The notes under the pieces: generated by a model
Database searches by the model: none
What the model was told of the DNA's origin: nothing
Seen by the model: the letters and a program-made list of their open reading frames with translations, nothing else
Program-made: the position numbers and the translations under genes
Part shown: piece by piece, positions 33,015-36,050 of the stretch
Position numbering within the stretch: the first letter of the stretch is position 1
Layout of the letters: every line of letters starts with the position of its first letter
From: Octopus bimaculoides
Lineage: Eukaryota
Assembly (NCBI RefSeq): GCF_001194135.2
Contig: NC_068983.1
Span: 119,531,845-119,567,894 of the forward strand
Length of the DNA stretch: 36,050 bases
Direction: 5' to 3'

Positions 33015-33208
33015 TGTGTGTGTTTGTCCCCATCACCAGTATTGGTGTGTTTATGTCCCCCGTAACTTAGTGGTTTGGCAAAGAGGCCAACAGAATAAGT
33101 ACTAGGCTTTAAAAAAAGTCTTGGGTGTTGATTTGTTCAATTAAAAAACCTTTCAAGGTGGTGCTCCAGCATGACCACAGTCAAATGACTGAAACAAGTA
33201 AAAGAATA
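33015..33208 (+). mobile_element. tRNA-derived SINE, 3' half
   Basis: ..gtaacttagtggtttggcaaagag..ccagcatgaccacagtcaaatgactgaaacaagtaaaagaata. Confidence 0.8.
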
Positions 33209-33302
33209 TATATATATATATATATGTATGTATATAAACAAAATAAAATAAAATTGTTTAGATTAATTAATCAGAAAACATATAATGTTTAAACTATGTA
33301 CA

Positions 33303-33680
33303 TGTGGTAAGAAGCTTGCTTCCCAACCACATGGTTCTGGGTTCAGCCCCACTGCGTGGCACCTTGGGCAAGTATCTTCTATAACCTTGGGCTGACCAAA
33401 GCCTTGTGAGTGGATTTGGTAGATGAAAACTGAAAGAAGCTAGTCATATATATTTGTGTGTTTGTGTGTGTGTGTGTGTGTGTGCGCCCCATTGCTTGAC
33501 AACTGATGTTTGTGTGTTTACGTGCCTTCATAACTTAGCAGTTTGACAAAAGAGACCAATAGAATAAGTATTAGGCTTACAAAGTCCTGGTGTTAATTTC
33601 TTCAACTAAAACCTTTTAAAGTGGTGTTCCACCATGGCTGCTGTCAAGTCACATGACTAAAACATGTAAAAGAATAAAAG
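33303..33680 (+). mobile_element. tRNA-derived SINE, near full length
   Basis: tgtggtaagaagcttgcttcccaaccacatggttctgggttcagcccc head, CORE-like ggcaccttgggcaag, same tail. Confidence 0.82.
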
Positions 33681-34499
33681 AAATATATCTTTATCTTTAT
33701 CAGAAAAGAATACATCTGATGTGCTTTTGATTGATCATGAAATCACATTATTGCGAGATTTATCAGGAAAATGAACTGGAAGTAATGATAATGATCCCCT
33801 TTTGTTTTTTGTCCTGTCATCAAGAAGCCTTGAAAGTTGCATTATCTTTTCAGGGACACATGAATGATAGGATACTGGAAACATATTGTTCTCTGCAGTC
33901 ATGAAATGATTTCCAAATATAGAAAATTATCTCCCAAACTATTCTCAATTTCTTCTGGTTACTCAAGTTTAGCATTCCTCTCACCAAATAATTATAATGA
34001 AAAATATACAATTTCTTAATTTCTCGAACAACTTTAAACTATGAAATAAATTCATTAAATGACAATGTTATTTAGAACATAAAGGAAAGTGACAAGAAGT
34101 GATGAAATATCTTCTGTAGTTTCCAGATCTATTTACTTCTTATATTATTGATGTAGATGGTGTCATTTTAAACATGTGATATAAATGGAAAAACATAACT
34201 GAACAACACTATGGTTGGAAGGGCATCCAGCCGTAAAAATTCTGTCAAAACAGACAGAAGTCTGGTGCAGGCTTCTGTCAAACCATCCAACCCATGCCAG
34301 CATGGAAGGCAAATGTTAAACAAAGATGATGATATCTATAATATACATGTATACATATAACTTGAGCATTTTTCACCGTATTAATACATCTCAGCAGTTC
34401 TCCAGAGCTCTTGTACTCAGCATCTGTTTCTTTGTTCTTTAGTATTTGGATAGTTTCATCTTTTAAAATCTAACATGATCTTCAGTTGTTCTAAACTAC

Positions 34500-34760
34500 A
34501 ACTTTAGAACAATTTCATCAGTGTAATGGATTCGACTGTCCCACCCTTTTTTTAATACTTTTTCAGGAGAAAGATTGATACCCATGACTTTTTGCAGCGC
34601 TTCCATGACTTGTGGGATGGAAGGAGGCTGGTTTCCTCAAATCTGAGGTCTGGCCTGTTATGTTTCCAATAGAGTGGATTCCATTAAAGACACCCAAAGA
34701 CTAGGTGATGGTGTTAAACTACCCAAGTAGACCACGGTGAGATTTGAACTGGTCATCAGC
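34500..34760 (-). mobile_element. Possible tRNA-derived SINE remnant
   Basis: Minus strand has B-box-like gttcaaatctc near its 5' end; the body is not matched elsewhere in the window. Confidence 0.35.
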
Positions 34761-35127
34761 CTTTATATGCAGGAGAGTTGATTGCATTAATATCAACATG
34801 ATGCAATGAAAGAAAGAGTACTGGGTGGGAAATTCCAATGTGCTAACATTTCATGAGTTCAGATCCAACTGTGTTAAGACGAAAGATTGAAACAAATAGT
34901 TATGTAATGTATAATACACTTGTCCATTTCATACTAGTATGGAAAATTGATAATAAAATCATTATCATTTTAATGTTCACTTTTCCATGCTTGCTTTGGT
35001 CAGACAGTTTATTGAGGTAGAATACTGGAAGTGAATGACACTACTCATAGGACAGTAACACCTGTGACTATCATATGATGTCAAAACAATGGGACACACA
35101 TGTACATTATATATATATATATATATA

Positions 35128-35688
35128 TGGCGTGGCTGTGTGGTAATAGACTTGCTTCCCAACTACATGGTTCTGGGTTCAGTCCTGCTGTGTGACATCT
35201 TGGGCAAGTGTCTTGCTATAGCTTCAGGCCAACCAAAGCATTGTGAATGGATTTGGTAGATGGAAACTGAAAGAAGCCCATTGCTTGTACTGCATAAAAG
35301 CACCCAGTACTGTCTGTAAAGTGGTTGGCATTAAGAAGGGCATCCAGGTGGAGAAACCATGCCAAAACAGACATGGAACCCATGTAGCCCAGACAGCTCT
35401 TCAGCTGGTAGCCAGCATGGAAAACAGATGTTAAAATGATGATATATATGTGTGTCTTCTTGTCTGTGTTTGTCTCCCATCTCACTCCTCCACCACTTGA
35501 CAACCAACCAGTGTTGGTATGTTGATGCCTCTATAATTTAGCAGTTCAACAAAGAGACCGATAGAATAAGTATCAAGCTTAAAGAAAAAGAGAAAAATGA
35601 GTACTGGGGTCAGTTCATTTGATTAAAAATCCTTCAAGGTAGCACCCCAGCAAAGCCGCAGTCTAATGACTGAAACAAGTAAAAGATA
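35128..35688 (+). mobile_element. tRNA-derived SINE with a nested (GAT)n-tailed retroposon fragment (about 35285-35445)
   Basis: SINE head 35128-35280, inserted fragment ending gttaaaatgatgat, then the SINE 3' half resumes to aaacaagtaaaagata. Confidence 0.75.
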
Positions 35689-35689
35689 T

Positions 35690-35815
35690 AGATAGATAGA
35701 TATAGATATATATATATAAATATGTAGATATTTATGTATAGATATATATGGATATATACATATATATATATGGATATATATATATATATATATATAAATA
35801 TATATATGGATGTGT

Positions 35816-35850
<35 letters not shown>

Positions 35851-35859
35851 TATATATAT
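35690..35859. repeat. Compound TA-rich microsatellite; other (TA)n/(CA)n tracts at 14519-14560, 16240-16335, 27544-27577, 28629-28654, 31979-32025 and 32391-32420
   Basis: Read directly from the sequence. Confidence 0.95.
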
Positions 35860-36050
35860 CATCGTCATCATCATCATCATCGTTTAACGTCCGCTTTCGA
35901 TGCTCGCATGGGTTGGACGATTTGCCTGAGGACTGGTGAAACCGGATGGCAACACCAGGCTCCAATCTAATTTGGCAGAGTTTCTACAGCTGGATGCCCT
36001 TCCTAACGCCAACCACTCAGAGAGTGTAGTGGGTGCTTTTACGTGTCACC
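35860..36050 (-). mobile_element. Young (CAT)n-tailed retroposon copy (runs off the window)
   Basis: Same core as the 8747 and 21848 copies. Confidence 0.88.

Noticed and set aside
33700-34460. Possible exons of a convergent minus-strand gene (ILKDETIQILKNKETDAEYKSSGELL; NNMFPVSYHSCVPEKIMQLSRLL)
   Set aside because: Short frames, no recognisable homology and no consistent splice chain.
1-36050. Prokaryotic systems (CRISPR arrays, operons, defence islands)
   Set aside because: The window is a spliceosomal eukaryotic gene; there are no regularly spaced direct repeats with unique spacers and no dense ORF packing.

Overview
Eukaryotic, very AT-rich, repeat-dense genomic DNA with six assembly gaps. 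The repeat families (tRNA-head SINEs, (CAT)n-tailed RTE-type elements, TTAA MITEs) look like those of octopus; O. bimaculoides is my best guess from recall, not from a search. The window is essentially one plus-strand gene, TAF6L (SAGA-complex TAF6-like subunit; histone fold plus HEAT region). I can trace 11 coding exons from 1746 to the stop at 31461 with GT-AG boundaries and a continuous frame (2460 nt, 819 aa); the start codon is unresolved and lies upstream of 1746. The introns hold a near-complete but dead DD34D mariner with both TIRs and TA TSDs, decayed DD37D (maT) transposons, Helitron-type elements, RTE LINE remnants, SINEs and MITEs. I found no convincing new biological system. The items most worth a second look are: (1) a long last exon with three tandem ~30-aa repeats carrying SUMO-consensus KEE motifs, an E/R helix, a 38-aa acidic tract and two ET-domain-binding-like motifs; (2) a 102-bp intronic inverted repeat that pairs fully in the pre-mRNA; (3) several other inverted repeats, including young retroposon copies in alternating orientation that bracket exon pairs (possible dsRNA, ADAR or back-splicing substrates).
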